This document shows positions 1 through 7,120 of a DNA stretch of 11,297 nucleotides, in pieces. Position 1 is the first letter of the stretch. Each line of letters opens with the position of its first letter. The notes below the pieces were generated by a model. It was not told the DNA's origin, did no database searches, and worked only from the letters and a program-made list of their open reading frames with translations. Source of the DNA: Methanobacteriota archaeon (GTDB taxonomy: Archaea > Thermoplasmatota > DTKX01 > GCA-020343715); NCBI GenBank assembly GCA_030594725.1, contig JAUVEQ010000051.1, positions 1-11,297 on the forward strand. Direction: 5' to 3'. A program made the position numbers and the translations under genes.

Positions 1-210
1 GCCCGTGATGGCCTGGTCGGAGACGTGGTGTGCCAGACCCAGACGGAGGGCCAGGTCACGACCTTGCACCTCCGGGGCATCCAGGACAAGGGCGGGGTGA
101 TCGACGAAAAGGACCTCGACCTCGCTGCCCGAGAGGGTAGAGGCGGCGGCCCAAGCCTCTTGGCTGGCCAGCTCCAATTGCTCGCCCGAGAGCTCCACGA
201 GAAGGGCCAT
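1..210 (-). CDS. Hypothetical protein, N-terminal 70 aa only (gene continues past the window start). Weak resemblance to an ETF-alpha/FixB-like N-terminus.
   Basis: Reverse-strand translation from the ATG at 210 gives MALLVELSGEQLELASQEAWAAASTLSGSEVEVLFVDHPALVLDAPEVQGRDLALRLGLAHHVSDQAITG with no stop codon before the window edge. GC3-rich codon usage matches the neighbouring genes. It lies 40 bp downstream of the pyrK stop on the same strand. The competing + strand ORF 25..339 has an Arg-rich junk tail and overlaps pyrK. Confidence 0.35.
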   Translation of the reverse strand, partial: MALLVELSGEQLELASQEAWAAASTLSGSEVEVLFVDHPALVLDAPEVQGRDLALRLGLAHHVSDQAITG

Positions 211-250
211 GATACCAGCGTGATGGCGACGACCGTTCAAAAGGGTTGTG

Positions 251-1084
251 TCAGTCCTCTGACCCGAGCCCGATGCCGATGGAACCGCCTCCGTCCGGGG
301 CCGCGAAGGGGACCTTTACGCCTGAGGGTCCTCTCTTGAAGGAACCGAAGTCCGGGACCCCACGGAGATGCTCGCCCGTCAGTACCGGGCCATCACGACA
401 GACCAGGTACCTCCCGCATGCGCAGGCGTCGCACAGGCCGATGCCGCACTTCATGTACCGTTCCAAGGAGGCCTGGAACGGTATGCTCCTCTCCCAACAC
501 GCATCGGCGACCTTCCTCATCATCAGCTCTGGTCCGCAGGTGTAGACGACATCGGGTCGGAACTCGTCCATCAGACGCAGTGCCAGGTTGGATACGAACC
601 CGTGGTGCCCCTCGGAACCGTCATCCGTCGCCACCTCGGGTGCAGGACCGGCGATCCCCGCGAGCCGGTCGATGAAGAGCAGTTCCTCTCGCGTCCTGGC
701 CCCCACTGCGGTGTAGACACGGCAACCCTTGGCGACGAGGGCCTCCGCCAGGGGGACGAGGGGTGCGACACCGTTCCCACCCCCCACGAGGAGACAGCGC
801 TTGCCCTCGAGCAGCTCGAAGCCCTTGCCGAGGGGTCCGCGGACCCCGACCCTGTCGCCAGGGTCCAAAGCGCAGAGGGCCTCCGTGGCGTCTCCCATCC
901 TTTGGACGGTGATGGCGGCCGAGGGTCCGATGCTGGAAAAGCCCATGGGCACCTCGTCGACCCCGGGTATCCATACCATCACGAACTGGCCTGGCTGTGC
1001 TTCGGGTTCCCAGTCAAGCACGATGGTGCACTGGGTGGGGGTCTCGCTCCTCACCCCGGTAACGGAGACCGGTCGTGACCTCAC
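251..1084 (-). CDS. pyrK: Dihydroorotate dehydrogenase electron-transfer subunit (PyrK; FAD/NAD-binding, 2Fe-2S)
   Basis: 277-aa ORF with the PGQFVMVWIPGVDEVPMGFSS flavin-binding region and the C-terminal CGIGLCDACAC 2Fe-2S cysteine cluster typical of PyrK. Its start overlaps the pyrD stop by 4 bp (ATGA). Confidence 0.9.
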   Translation of the reverse strand: MRSRPVSVTGVRSETPTQCTIVLDWEPEAQPGQFVMVWIPGVDEVPMGFSSIGPSAAITVQRMGDATEALCALDPGDRVGVRGPLGKGFELLEGKRCLLVGGGNGVAPLVPLAEALVAKGCRVYTAVGARTREELLFIDRLAGIAGPAPEVATDDGSEGHHGFVSNLALRLMDEFRPDVVYTCGPELMMRKVADACWERSIPFQASLERYMKCGIGLCDACACGRYLVCRDGPVLTGEHLRGVPDFGSFKRGPSGVKVPFAAPDGGGSIGIGLGSED

Positions 1085-2007
1085 CGGTGCCCACCTCTGA
1101 CCAGTATGCCCCGGACATCAGCCAGGGACGAGTGGTCGTGGTCCGCCAACCAATCGCGAAGGTCGGTTGCTATGCGACCGAGGATCCGGGGTCCATCGGT
1201 CCTGATCGCGGTGCCGACCTGGACCGCCGTCGCGCCGGCCATGATGTACTCCAGTGCATGGATATGGTTCGAGATCCCTCCCACACCGACGACCGGCAGG
1301 CTCGTCATGCCAGCGATCTCGTGGACGCACCTCACTCCCACGGGTCTGAGGGCATCGCCGGAGAGGCCTCCATAGGTGTTGGCCAAGGCGGGTGCTGCCA
1401 TCTCCACATCCACCGCCATCCCTCGGAGGGTGTTCACGGCCACCAGACCGGATGCGCCTCCCCTCTCAGCAGCGGATGCAAGGGCCCCGATGTCCCCGGT
1501 GTTGGGGGTCAGCTTGGCAAGCACGGGCAGGTCCGTGACATCCACCACCGCCCGGACCACCTGCTCGAGCATGGCGGGATCCCCTCCCATCTCGGCTCCC
1601 AGGCCCTTGGCGTGGGGACAGGACAGGTTGAGCTCGATGCCATCGACAAGGGGTGCCAGGCGGGCAGCCACCTCGGCGTACTCATCTGGTGAGGTACCGA
1701 AGACCGAAGCGAGGACGGGCGCCTCGGACCCCTGTCTCAACCATTCAAGCTCCTCCGCATAAGCTTCCATGCCCGGGTTCGGAAGGCCCATCGCATTGAG
1801 CAGGGAATCCCCGAGGGTCACGACGGTGGGATTGGGATTTCCCTCCCTGGGCGAGGGTCCGATGGATTTGGTGACGACGGCGCCAGCTCCCCCCTCAAGG
1901 GCCTCAAGAAGGGACGGACCCGTCTCGCCAAGTACCCCCGAGGCCAACATCACCGGGTTCTCCATGAGGACCCCGCAAAGGTCCACGGAGATGTCTGGAC
2001 CGTCCAT
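1081..2007 (-). CDS. pyrD: Dihydroorotate dehydrogenase catalytic subunit, class 1B (PyrD)
   Basis: 308-aa ORF. The N-terminal ...NPVMLASGV... segment, the LNLSCPH active-site region and the VVGVGGI FMN-binding C-terminus are typical of PyrD 1B. A TATA-like box sits about 27 bp upstream of the ATG, consistent with a leaderless start. Confidence 0.92.
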   Translation of the reverse strand: MDGPDISVDLCGVLMENPVMLASGVLGETGPSLLEALEGGAGAVVTKSIGPSPREGNPNPTVVTLGDSLLNAMGLPNPGMEAYAEELEWLRQGSEAPVLASVFGTSPDEYAEVAARLAPLVDGIELNLSCPHAKGLGAEMGGDPAMLEQVVRAVVDVTDLPVLAKLTPNTGDIGALASAAERGGASGLVAVNTLRGMAVDVEMAAPALANTYGGLSGDALRPVGVRCVHEIAGMTSLPVVGVGGISNHIHALEYIMAGATAVQVGTAIRTDGPRILGRIATDLRDWLADHDHSSLADVRGILVRGGHR

Positions 2008-2029
2008 CGGTGGGGAATGGGCGGGTCCC

Positions 2030-2045
2030 TTTTAAATGCTTCTCT
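2030..2045 (-). promoter_or_regulatory. Archaeal TATA box (ATTTAAAA on the minus strand) with a purine-rich BRE-like element, for leaderless pyrD-pyrK
   Basis: The plus strand reads ttttaaatgcttctct; its reverse complement is AGAGAAGC-ATTTAAAA. The box is centred about 27 bp upstream of the pyrD ATG at 2007. Confidence 0.5.
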
Positions 2046-2224
2046 CCAGGCCTGGCTGGGTCCAAGGGCTTTCTTAGCCTTGGGATTCGGGTGCCAATGT
2101 TCATATCCGGTAGCTGATAAATCGCGAAGGGCAGCCAGCCTGCTCTCCAATTGGGAGTTGTAGGAGGACTGGACCGAAGTGCTGGACCAGAGGTCGAGAG
2201 GCTTACTGGAGGTGACCGAAGAGG

Positions 2225-4387
2225 ATGAAGTACTGGCATCTGACCCTTGTTGTCATCCTTTCCATCAGTCTACCTGCCATCGCCTTCATGAACTACGCTA
2301 TCGTCTCCTCGGCCAACGACGAGATAAACGAGTCCAACAAGATCATGATGGTCGGGATAGCGACGGACCTCGAGGAGCATCTGGACGATCACCTATTGAT
2401 CCGACAGGAGATCCTCGGAAGCGTGGCCTCGGACCCAGGCGTTGTCGATGACGCTTCCGCCGTCGTGAGGGACTTCTACGGCGGCACGAACGCCCAGGCA
2501 GAGGCCGAGCGTATCCTGGGGCTCCTCGATGCGTTCACGATGGGTGAACAGGAAGGTGCGGTCTACATGGTGATGGACGCGGACTTCGGGGCCATAGTGA
2601 TCTCCAACGGCCAGTCCCAGATCGAGGGCTATATCCTGCTCAACGAGAGCAAGCTGACGCTGGCGCGCCAGGGCCCGAGGGTCATTCACCTCCCCAACCT
2701 CCCTTGGGGTGCTACTCCCACGCTCCTGGTGACGCAGCCCGTCCTGAACGATCTCGGCTCACCCGTTGCGATACTGGCAAGCCTGATCTACGGCAGCGAG
2801 CTCCAGAGCATTCTGGTGATCCACGAGGAACTGGGCGACAGCGGAGGGGCATACATAGTGGGACCCGATGGGAACCTCATGACCATCACCCCGGACGGGG
2901 AGGTCCCGGGTAGCAGATCCCTGTCCAAGGGAGCCTCGGAGGCCCTTCTGGGCGGCTCGGGTTTCCACATCGTGTCGAACTCCGAGCCGGAGATGGAGGC
3001 CTACGAGTACCTGGACAAGTGGGACCTGGCCCTGGTCGTGGAGATGGACCAATCTGATGGCGAGCAGGGCCTGCAGGTGGTCCGACTCACCGCCGTGGCG
3101 GCCGGTCTGATAGTGGCTGGAGCCCTCATCGTCATCTCCGTCGTGCTCTCCAAGGGTCTGGTCAGGGACCTGGGTTCCCTCGTCAGCTGGTCCAAGGATG
3201 TGGGCAACGGTCAATGGGACACGTCCCTGGAGCTTGGACCAACGGACGAGTTCCAGGAGCTGGAGACGGCCTTCAAGCAGATGGTCCGTGACATGATCAA
3301 GCACCAGTCGCAGCTCCGATTGGCCGAGCGCAGGTTCTCGAACCTCTACACCGACAGCCTCGATCCGGTCTACATCGCGAGGGACGACGGTCGCATAATG
3401 GAGCTCAATCCCGCGGGGGAGACCGTGCTGGGTCTGCCCAAGATCGAGGACGGGACCTACGGTTACAGCCTGGAGGAGCTCTTCGTCAACGAGGATGAAC
3501 GGCTCGACTTCATCGGACGCCTTGACCGGGAGGGAGCGGTCGCAGGTTTCGAGGCGACGTTCCTGCTTCCCTCGGGACGCGAGCTGTTCGTGCTGGTGTC
3601 GGCCACCCGTCGTATGGACGATTCCGGCAAGACGCTGGCATATCAGGGCGTCATACATGATATCACCGACAGGAAGCGCTTCGAGGAGGCCCTCGTGGAC
3701 GCGAAGAACGAGGCGGAGTTCTACTGTGACATAATGTCCCACGACCTCAACAACGCGGTCCAGGGCCTGGGAGGATACCTGGAACTGTGCAATCTCGCCA
3801 CCGACCTCGATGATGTGAACCAGTTCCTTCCATACGCCCACGACCAGATGGCCCGGGCCTCCGACCTTCTCCGGAACGTTCGTCGACTGTCACATCTCGG
3901 TAGCCAGCAGATCGAGCTCAAGGAGGTCGACCTCAACAAGACCCTTGTGAAGGCCGTGTGGGCGGTGGAACGGGCCCATTCCCACGATACGTTGGACGTC
4001 CGTTTGGACCTGGAGGAGGAAGTGCCGATGGCCCTGGGAGAGGCCTTCATCGACGACGTTTTCATCAACCTCCTTGACAACGCGATCAAGTACGATACCC
4101 ACAAGGTGAAGATAGTCGACATCCAGGTCATCAAGGCCGAGGTGGAGGGCTCGGACCGTTGGAGGATCAGGTTCGCCGATCGTGGACCCGGCGTGGCCGA
4201 CAGGGACAAGCAGACGATCTTCGGTCGCTTCGAGAGGCGGGCCCTCAACGAGTACGGGACCGGCTTGGGCCTTTCGATCGTGGTGAAGGCCGTCGAGCGG
4301 AGCGGAGGCCGGACCTGGGTCGAGGACCGGGTGCCAGGCGACCATTCACAGGGGGCGGCCTTCGTCGTGGAGCTCAAGGTTGCCTGA
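2225..4387 (+). CDS. Membrane sensor histidine kinase (TM - extracytoplasmic Cache-like sensor - TM - HAMP - PAS - HisKA - HATPase_c)
   Basis: 720 aa. There is an N-terminal TM helix (LTLVVILSISLPAIAF) and a second TM helix near residues 285-310, separated by a roughly 260-aa sensor region with Cache-like motifs (AYIVGPDGNLMTITPDG). A HAMP-like linker follows, then a PAS region (LDPVYIARDDGRIMELNPAGETVLG). The H-box is FYCDIMSHDLNNAVQGL, the N-box is NLLDNAIKYD, and the G-boxes are DRGPGV and GTGLGLSIV. An in-frame TGA at 2213 prevents any extension upstream of 2225. Confidence 0.9.
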   Translation: MKYWHLTLVVILSISLPAIAFMNYAIVSSANDEINESNKIMMVGIATDLEEHLDDHLLIRQEILGSVASDPGVVDDASAVVRDFYGGTNAQAEAERILGLLDAFTMGEQEGAVYMVMDADFGAIVISNGQSQIEGYILLNESKLTLARQGPRVIHLPNLPWGATPTLLVTQPVLNDLGSPVAILASLIYGSELQSILVIHEELGDSGGAYIVGPDGNLMTITPDGEVPGSRSLSKGASEALLGGSGFHIVSNSEPEMEAYEYLDKWDLALVVEMDQSDGEQGLQVVRLTAVAAGLIVAGALIVISVVLSKGLVRDLGSLVSWSKDVGNGQWDTSLELGPTDEFQELETAFKQMVRDMIKHQSQLRLAERRFSNLYTDSLDPVYIARDDGRIMELNPAGETVLGLPKIEDGTYGYSLEELFVNEDERLDFIGRLDREGAVAGFEATFLLPSGRELFVLVSATRRMDDSGKTLAYQGVIHDITDRKRFEEALVDAKNEAEFYCDIMSHDLNNAVQGLGGYLELCNLATDLDDVNQFLPYAHDQMARASDLLRNVRRLSHLGSQQIELKEVDLNKTLVKAVWAVERAHSHDTLDVRLDLEEEVPMALGEAFIDDVFINLLDNAIKYDTHKVKIVDIQVIKAEVEGSDRWRIRFADRGPGVADRDKQTIFGRFERRALNEYGTGLGLSIVVKAVERSGGRTWVEDRVPGDHSQGAAFVVELKVA

Positions 4388-5574
4388 TGGGATATCGGCG
4401 GCCGGGACAACCTTCTTATCACCGGAACGGCATCCACTGGCCCTACCCGTGGTTCGCTCACGGGAAGATGGGAGGTGTGGACTTGAGACATCGCGTTGAA
4501 CATATCTTCGAGAACCTGGACGAGGATGTGGATGCCATCTACATCCGGAACAGCACTGAACCGATCATCGACAAGACCTTCTTCTATGTGACGGGCATCC
4601 GGTCCGGTCTCTTCGAGTCGTCGACCGTGCTCATGTTCCCCAGCGGGGACATGGAGGTCATCGTGCCGCCCCTGGAGGAGACCTCGGCCAAGGGATATGG
4701 TCTGGACCTGACTGTCGTACCGAGACGGGCCGAGATAGGCGAGCATCTCCAGACCATGCTCAAGGGGTGCAAGCGGATAGGGATCAACTCCCCCGAGGTG
4801 AGCTACGCGGCCGTCATGGACCTGCAAAAGGCGATGCCAAGGACCAAGCTGGTCGACGTGAGCAAGGCCGTGATGCAGGCCCGGTTGGTGAAGGACGAGA
4901 CCGAGATCGAGCAGATACGGAAGGCCTGCAGGATAGTGTCCAAGGTGGCAAGAAAGATCCCCGAGTTCCTCGACCAGGGCGTGAGGGAGACCGACGTGGC
5001 CGCCGAGATAAACCACAGGATGCAGCTCTACGGTGCACTTGAACCGTCCTTCACCACCATTTCCAGCTTCGGGAAGAACAGCGCAGAGCCCCACTACACC
5101 GCGGGCAACAAGAAGCTCAAGCAAGGCCAGTTCGCCCTTTTCGATTTCGGGGCCCGGGTCGGCAGGTACGTCAGCGACCTCACCAGGACCTTCGTCTGCG
5201 GCAAGCCCGAGCCCAAGATGCAGAGGATGTACAATGTGGTGCTCGAGGCCCAGCGGATCGGCATCGACATGATGGTCGAGGGTAACAACGGCAAGGACGT
5301 CCACAAGGCCGTGGAGGACCACATCGAGGCTACCGAGTTCAAGGGGAGGTTCATCCATTCGACGGGGCACAGCATAGGTCTGTCCGTCCACGATGGAGGG
5401 GTCATCCACACCCTCATCGACCAACCCCTCAAGGACGGGATGATCTTCACCGTCGAACCGGGTGTCTACCTGCCGGGCTATGGTGGCGTTCGCATCGAGG
5501 ACGACGTCGTCGTCCGCAAGGGCAAGCCCGAGGTCCTCACCACCGCGCCTCGATCGAAGCTGATATCCGTCTGA
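4387..5574 (+). CDS. M24-family metallopeptidase, Xaa-Pro aminopeptidase / prolidase-like (PepQ/PepP type)
   Basis: M24 'pita-bread' fold motifs are present: DFGARVGRYVSD, HSTGHSIGLSVHDGG, VEPGVYLPGYGGVRIEDDVV. The start is assigned to the ATG at 4387, which overlaps the kinase TGA stop (TGATG), with an AAGGT 7 nt upstream. An alternative in-frame ATG lies at 4468 (MGGVDLRHRVEHIF...). The longer track ORF starting at 4159 overlaps the kinase by 228 bp and is rejected. Confidence 0.85.
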   Translation: MGYRRPGQPSYHRNGIHWPYPWFAHGKMGGVDLRHRVEHIFENLDEDVDAIYIRNSTEPIIDKTFFYVTGIRSGLFESSTVLMFPSGDMEVIVPPLEETSAKGYGLDLTVVPRRAEIGEHLQTMLKGCKRIGINSPEVSYAAVMDLQKAMPRTKLVDVSKAVMQARLVKDETEIEQIRKACRIVSKVARKIPEFLDQGVRETDVAAEINHRMQLYGALEPSFTTISSFGKNSAEPHYTAGNKKLKQGQFALFDFGARVGRYVSDLTRTFVCGKPEPKMQRMYNVVLEAQRIGIDMMVEGNNGKDVHKAVEDHIEATEFKGRFIHSTGHSIGLSVHDGGVIHTLIDQPLKDGMIFTVEPGVYLPGYGGVRIEDDVVVRKGKPEVLTTAPRSKLISV

Positions 5575-5587
5575 TCGGTCAGGAACC

Positions 5588-6067
5588 TCAGGGGAATTCC
5601 CTGGTGGTCCATGCGCCCTGGCCTTGGCCTTCCTCGATCCCCAGGTCCACCCTGGTGATGCCTGGAGGAAGTTCGATGCGGTCCAACATCTGATCTATGA
5701 ACCAGTCCGCGAGGCGCTCGGCGGTGGTGGCGCTGATGGGAAGCAGCTTGACGTCCTCCCGGGGGAACATGTATAGCTTGCCGTGGGTCTCCACCCTTAC
5801 CTCGTCCCCATCCACCTCGACGGTGGAGTGGGCGTTCTCCGTCGGGACCAGGACGTGGTGGTCCAGTTCATCGCAGAGCTCACGCAGGACCTCCTTGACG
5901 GAGATGAAGTCAATGACCATGTCATCCTCGGAGGACACGTCGCCCTTGAAGACGCAGCCAACTGCGTAGGTATGGCCATGCAACCTCCCGCACTTGTGGT
6001 GGAAGGGAATGAAGTGGCTCACCGAGAATCGTGCACCCACCGACCAGCCATCGACCCTGAGCTCCAT
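5588..6067 (-). CDS. queD: 6-carboxy-5,6,7,8-tetrahydropterin synthase (QueD; PTPS family, archaeosine/queuosine precursor pathway)
   Basis: 159 aa, MELRVDGWSVGARFSVSHFIPFHHKCGRLHGHTY... The CxxxHGH spacing is the QueD signature (PTPS proper has CxxxxHGH). The DHHVL motif is also present. The start is set at the ATG at 6067. The track ORF's upstream extension (6068-6679) is S/T/R-rich antisense of the SPFH gene and was discarded. No alternative start codon occurs in the adjacent upstream codons. Confidence 0.8.
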   Translation of the reverse strand: MELRVDGWSVGARFSVSHFIPFHHKCGRLHGHTYAVGCVFKGDVSSEDDMVIDFISVKEVLRELCDELDHHVLVPTENAHSTVEVDGDEVRVETHGKLYMFPREDVKLLPISATTAERLADWFIDQMLDRIELPPGITRVDLGIEEGQGQGAWTTREFP

Positions 6068-6091
6068 GGCGATATGAAGGCCCCGAGGTGC

Positions 6092-6099
6092 ATAATAAG
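6092..6099 (-). promoter_or_regulatory. TATA-like box (CTTATTAT on the minus strand) about 28 bp upstream of the queD ATG, suggesting a leaderless start
   Basis: The plus strand reads cataataagc at 6091-6100. No SD-like motif lies between it and the ATG. Confidence 0.4.
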
Positions 6100-6142
6100 C
6101 TTCTCCCCATCGCCCTTGGGCAAGGCCAACGGTCTCCCAAGG

Positions 6143-6148
6143 TTTATA
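6143..6148 (+). promoter_or_regulatory. TATA-like box (TTTATA) for the stomatin-like gene
   Basis: It is centred about 55 bp upstream of the ATG at 6201. This predicts a roughly 29-nt leader containing AAGGTGG (6182-6188). Confidence 0.4.
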
Positions 6149-6200
6149 CGTGCCCTCATTCCTATCATCCCCGGGGTCATCAAAGGTGGCAGAGGCCCTC

Positions 6201-6737
6201 ATGTGGGTTGCGTTGGCCGCAATTGTGATATACGGTGCAGCCTCGGTGCTCGCCTCGATCAAGATCGTCCCGGAGGGAAAGGTCGGCATAGTGTCTGACC
6301 GGTCGGGTCGACGCCGGGTCATCGCCAAGGGGGCCCACCTGGTGTTCCCCTTCGGCCACAAGGTGAAATTGATGCCCAAGGGCCCCGTCCGCATGGACGG
6401 GGAGGTCCATGATGTGATCACCCGGGACGGATGGCGGGTCTCGGCCCACTTCCAGATGAGCGCCCGTCTTGTGCACGAGCTGGCCGTGTCCGAGGCGGGT
6501 GAGGACTGGAGGGATGCAACGAAGGACACTGCCGTCCGTGTGCTACGGACAGAGCTGGAGAACAACGACGCGGTAGACCTCCGACCCAGGCCCCAGGCCC
6601 TCGACGAGGGGGTCACCGACGAGATCAACATGCTCTCCGTCCAATGGGGCGTGCACGTCGATTGGCTCCGGATCACCATCCGTTGGGCCTACGCCGTCCC
6701 ACCGGCCCACGTGGTCCCATCGCCGTACAGGACCTAG
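6201..6737 (+). CDS. Short SPFH/band-7 (stomatin-like) membrane protein
   Basis: 178 aa, with an N-terminal TM helix (MWVALAAIVIYGAASVLAS) followed by an SPFH core: IKIVPEGKVGIVSDRSGRRRVIAKGAHLVFPFGHKV...VITRDGWRVSAHFQMSARLV... This aligns with the stomatin/PHB pattern IKIVPQ..VVERLGR...PGLHF.IPFIDRV...VITKDNV.V.VDAV.YYRV. There is no C-terminal coiled coil. The start is placed at the ATG at 6201, which has an SD 12 nt upstream and a TATA box at 6143. An in-frame GTG at 6150 is the alternative. Confidence 0.72.
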   Translation: MWVALAAIVIYGAASVLASIKIVPEGKVGIVSDRSGRRRVIAKGAHLVFPFGHKVKLMPKGPVRMDGEVHDVITRDGWRVSAHFQMSARLVHELAVSEAGEDWRDATKDTAVRVLRTELENNDAVDLRPRPQALDEGVTDEINMLSVQWGVHVDWLRITIRWAYAVPPAHVVPSPYRT

Positions 6738-7061
6738 GGGGCCTCGGGAATTGGTCACGATACGAGAGAATGGGCCATCGGGCCTGGCCTACGGAATGCC
6801 ACCCGACCCTATTAAGCCTAATAAATGGTTTAAATACCTCTTTCGTGGATTCTGTTAAATTGAGCTAAACCTAACTTCCCTATGTAAGGTCGTGGATTAA
6901 ACGATTGCATCCCGGATAATGCCCCGTCCATTATTTACGATAAATTAATATAATCGGAGTCACATATATATTGGTGTAAGGTGCAACATGCTTCGGGGGT
7001 CGCTTTTCGGGTCGCACAACCATCTTCCCAGAGTAGCGAATACCTTTTTACTCTCAAAGCC

Positions 7062-7069
7062 TATAAGAA
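7062..7069 (+). promoter_or_regulatory. TATA-like box (TATAAGAA), candidate promoter of the zinc-ribbon/NfeD/flotillin operon
   Basis: It is centred about 56 bp upstream of the GTG at 7121. This predicts a roughly 29-nt leader with a strong SD, GGAGGT (7109-7114), 6 nt before the start. Confidence 0.45.
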
Positions 7070-7120
7070 AGCGCCGAGGGCTGAACATTCAACCGGGGGG
7101 TCCGAACTGGAGGTATCACT

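Noticed and set aside
25-339. 104-aa plus-strand ORF at the window start
   Set aside because: It overlaps pyrK antisense by 89 bp and ends in an Arg-rich tail (RARCRWNRLRPGPRRGPLRLRVLS) characteristic of out-of-frame GC-rich sequence. The opposite-strand reading (ATG at 210) gives a more protein-like N-terminus placed correctly downstream of pyrK.
368-2239. Multiple plus- and minus-strand track ORFs inside pyrK and pyrD (368..1078, 729..1100, 1075..1692, 1376..1762, 1904..2239 and others)
   Set aside because: All are antisense or out-of-frame shadows of the strongly supported pyrK/pyrD genes. They are Arg/Pro/Gly-rich with no domain signatures.
4159-4386. Upstream extension of the M24 peptidase ORF (track start 4159)
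   Set aside because: It would overlap the histidine kinase C-terminal ATPase domain by 228 bp in another frame. The extension is Arg/Gly-rich junk (MEDQVRRSWTRRGRQGQADDLRSL...). In-frame ATGs at 4387 and 4468 give sensible starts.
2759-5424. Large minus-strand ORFs (2759..3841, 3721..5424) antisense to the histidine kinase and peptidase
   Set aside because: These are long stop-free antisense frames, common in high-GC genes. Their translations are low-complexity (H/L/G/R-rich), and they overlap well-supported domain-containing genes on the plus strand.
5588-6679. 363-aa track ORF on the minus strand extending queD far upstream
   Set aside because: Only the C-terminal 159 aa (from the ATG at 6067) look like QueD. 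The 204-aa extension is S/T/R-rich low-complexity sequence typical of a wrong-strand reading of GC-rich DNA. It is exactly antisense to the well-supported SPFH gene (6201..6737) and would ignore the TATA box at 6092-6099.
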